Notes under the pieces: generated by a model
What the model was told of the DNA's origin: nothing
Seen by the model: only the letters and a program-made list of their open reading frames with translations
Databases searched by the model: none
Source of the DNA: a virus
DNA: 64,000 bases
IMG/VR virus record: IMGVR_UViG_3300009159_000033
Reading direction: 5' to 3' (one strand)
Position numbers and translations under genes: made by a program
Shown: positions 61,687 through 64,000 of the stretch, one piece after another
How the letters are laid out: every line of letters begins with the position of its first letter
Position numbering within the stretch: the first letter of the stretch is position 1

Positions 61687-64000
61687 ATGGAAATGCCTAG
61701 ACAAAATAATTTATTGAAGAATGCTAGTATCGGCGGTAAGGGAGGAGAAACTGAATTTGAACAAGCTTTCTCTAGCTTGGCTTATGCTTATTTAAAAGAT
61801 AAGGCACCCCGCCTCCTTGATTACATGTTAGGCTTCCAGCTAATTGATCGAAATGAAGATAACACTAAAGCTATTGGTGTCTTTGGTTTTCAAGTCGGCA
61901 AGCAATGGTTGTACGCTCCTGTATTTTTCTTAAATGGTGATTTAAAAGGACACGAGTTACTCTACATAAAAAATAATGATTCGTTTGTTCCTATGAAGGA
62001 AAACTGGATCAACTATCTTATGAGTCGAAAACCTCATATTTTAGGGGAGTCTTCCGTAGGTAAATTACAAGAGTTAGGAGGAATCGCTCCTGATATCAAT
62101 TCTTTATCTATTTCTCCCCAAGGCCACAAGCACGCAAGTGATTCCCAGTGGTTACAGCCCGTTCTACCTATGCTAGCGGCCTTCAAAGTAAAACTTGCGG
62201 GCTCTTTGTACCGTGGTGCCGGCAGCCGTAAGCTGGATCAAAAGGCAGTTGTTCGAGTGCCATTCACAGCAGCATTAACCAAGACAGCTTCAAATCTGGA
62301 TTTTAACCAAGTGCTGCCTAAAAGCTTGGCATTACTTGAAGCAGCTTACGACTTAGCAGAACGCTATCCCACCATTAAAAAAGCTACTAGTGACTTCTAT
62401 GGTGTGGATTGTTTTTCACGCTGGGCTAAAGAACTTCGAAGTAACACAATCAAGCAGGCTAGCAGCATTCTTCCTACGCCTACTACTGTCACACTTGTGC
62501 CCAACACCTTGCTAAGCTCACTATCCCAGCCACTTCCTATTACCGACCACATTAAGGAAGGTAAGTTAGAAGTCTATATGTCAGCTTCTGTGGTAACTAA
62601 TAAAGATGAGCTAAACACCCTAGATCGAGAAAGGTTATTACAAGGCAAAGTAGTCATCAAAGATCGTAGAGAAGATACAGAAGTAAGTAAGCTTTACACC
62701 ACTGAAAATGATATTAGCCTCACCAACCCCTCTGAAACTGAATTGTATTCTGTTTTAGAGAGCTCTGGTGAATTTAGTAAAATGTTGGTGGTCTTGAATG
62801 GTATCAGCAGTCGTGGAGCAGAGTCCATGACCACAGTTGTACGGATAGATAAAAAGGATGGGGCTAACAAAAGCTGGTTAAATGCCGACAGCACGTCAGT
62901 TTTTGCTACACAAGTTTCTGACAAAGACGAGTGGAAAGATTGGTTTGATGGCTTATCCTCTGATACAGACTTGGACGAGGATGCAGAATATATTGCTATA
63001 AACTACAGTCGTTCAGCTACTGCTCCTTTCCGTGTAACTACGGACATGGGTGATGGTGAGTACAAAGTAGATTTTCGCACGAATAAAGATTATTCAGCTT
63101 CACGTAGCGAGCTGATGCCTAAGATACAAGATCGGTATGCTCCTTCTAGGCGGGGCATGGCAGCAGGTGCTAATCTAATAAGTTCTTTCAATAGTAATAG
63201 TAATTATGGGGCTACTCTAATCATTGGCAAAGAAGATAAGAGCGGCCTTAGACTTAGACCTGTCTCCGGACAACTTCGTGTGCCAGCTTCTTTCAAGTTC
63301 ATCAAATTGTCGGATGGTTCTTCTTCCAGCATCTTTGGCGGGTGTGGCTGTTCACCTTTTGACGATGAATCAAATCCTATTAAGTTAGGTGGCTTAGCTG
63401 ACATCAAACGCTTATTAGTTGAAAAGACAGCTAGGCTCAAGATATTTAATAACGGAACTGATGTGTACCTAGACTCTGTAATCGGTGCCGTTCAATTAAG
63501 CAAAAAAGCAGCACTATGCCGCTTGGTAGACACACATGGACTTCGTGAAAAAGTTGCCGTGGATATGCTGCAACAAGCAGAGAAAAAAGGTCATGCAATT
63601 TATCGTGTGCTTTATGCTGCTGGTTATGGGACCGAGAAACAAGCTGAGCCTAATACCAGCGTGTTAGCTGGAGGCCCATCCTTCCCCCTTGATACGGATA
63701 CTTCTGGGGATCGTGGCAGTGAAACCTATGGCCCAAGCACCTCTGCCCTAACTCGATATTCTACCGAGAAAAACTCGCCTATCCCTTCAATGAGCGGTAA
63801 GAACACAAATAGGTCTAAGTGGGACAACTGGCAGAACTTTGAAGCTAAAGATTTTCAACAAAATCTGCAATCTGCTCAAACTGCTGGCAAAGATGGGCAG
63901 AAAGAAGTATTTGATGTTTCAATGATGGCAGGTATGTTAAAAACAGTAAGACAAGATTCACTAGTAGATCGCCACTTGGGCGACTTAATGGCAGCCTTGG
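61687..64000 (+). CDS. Large KxA-punctuated protein, 3' end outside the window (not in the ORF track)
   Basis: Open frame from ATG 61687 (MEMPRQNNLLKNASIGG...FEQAFSSLAYAYLKDKAP) to the window end, at least 771 codons by my translation. Confidence 0.8.
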   Translation, partial: MEMPRQNNLLKNASIGGKGGETEFEQAFSSLAYAYLKDKAPRLLDYMLGFQLIDRNEDNTKAIGVFGFQVGKQWLYAPVFFLNGDLKGHELLYIKNNDSFVPMKENWINYLMSRKPHILGESSVGKLQELGGIAPDINSLSISPQGHKHASDSQWLQPVLPMLAAFKVKLAGSLYRGAGSRKLDQKAVVRVPFTAALTKTASNLDFNQVLPKSLALLEAAYDLAERYPTIKKATSDFYGVDCFSRWAKELRSNTIKQASSILPTPTTVTLVPNTLLSSLSQPLPITDHIKEGKLEVYMSASVVTNKDELNTLDRERLLQGKVVIKDRREDTEVSKLYTTENDISLTNPSETELYSVLESSGEFSKMLVVLNGISSRGAESMTTVVRIDKKDGANKSWLNADSTSVFATQVSDKDEWKDWFDGLSSDTDLDEDAEYIAINYSRSATAPFRVTTDMGDGEYKVDFRTNKDYSASRSELMPKIQDRYAPSRRGMAAGANLISSFNSNSNYGATLIIGKEDKSGLRLRPVSGQLRVPASFKFIKLSDGSSSSIFGGCGCSPFDDESNPIKLGGLADIKRLLVEKTARLKIFNNGTDVYLDSVIGAVQLSKKAALCRLVDTHGLREKVAVDMLQQAEKKGHAIYRVLYAAGYGTEKQAEPNTSVLAGGPSFPLDTDTSGDRGSETYGPSTSALTRYSTEKNSPIPSMSGKNTNRSKWDNWQNFEAKDFQQNLQSAQTAGKDGQKEVFDVSMMAGMLKTVRQDSLVDRHLGDLMAAL
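62290..62305. promoter_or_regulatory. 16-bp palindromic site (1 mismatch) TCAAATCTGGATTTTA
   Basis: Inside CDS 61687. Confidence 0.45.

Noticed and set aside
747-63440. The many 60-160-aa minus-strand and alternate-frame ORFs in the track
   Set aside because: They lie wholly within longer + strand genes with recognisable motifs and have no motifs or SD of their own; csrA is the only exception
1-64000. Eukaryotic giant virus (NCLDV) origin, suggested by the NPH-I-like helicase, SET and glycan genes
   Set aside because: Shine-Dalgarno sites, overlapping operons, sigma70-like promoters, CsrA, ACP, a bacterial-type RNAP and a portal-like gene indicate a bacteriophage
1-64000. tRNA or rRNA genes
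   Set aside because: No cloverleaf with a GTTCRA T-loop and no rRNA-like block seen in the few intergenic gaps; a tRNAscan run would be needed to be certain
1-64000. Stop-codon reassignment
   Set aside because: Code 11 gives dense, full-length genes ending in TAA, TAG and TGA

Overview
This window is a 64-kb segment of a large (jumbo-type) tailed dsDNA bacteriophage genome. It uses the standard code, has Shine-Dalgarno-led genes, and every convincing gene except csrA lies on the + strand. Four gene groups are visible. (1) DNA metabolism and auxiliary genes: DEDDh exonuclease, Holliday-junction resolvase, class II ribonucleotide reductase, PhoH, ACP, PRTases, HNH nucleases, CsrA, a LuxR-type HTH, a SET-domain protein and a secreted CxxCH heme protein. 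(2) A probable portal and a tubulin/FtsZ-family GTPase. (3) A large dispersed set of glycan-modifying genes: glycosyltransferases, sulfotransferase-fold proteins, SAM methyltransferases, a nucleotide-sugar dehydrogenase and a PhyH dioxygenase. (4) A probable virion-cargo set. The most striking signal is in group 4. A multi-subunit RNA polymerase is arranged as a beta/beta'-N fusion plus a separate beta'-C carrying a ~620-aa tail; it has lost both zinc sites, and I found no cysteine in its 2727 residues. About a dozen proteins carry a recurrent (E)K-x-A motif at module boundaries, including a 590-aa string of micro-domains, a poxvirus NPH-I/VETF-like helicase and a Nudix fusion. My inference is a head-packaged, protease-matured, injected transcription/takeover apparatus. 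Non-coding signals are a 16-bp palindrome (TAAAWTCYRGAWTTDA, 9 exact and 3 one-mismatch copies) and two structured RNA candidates (about 29.9-30.2 kb and 42.2-42.4 kb) that are partly complementary to each other. I saw no tRNA, rRNA, CRISPR array or intein. All family calls come from motif recognition by eye; no database search was run.
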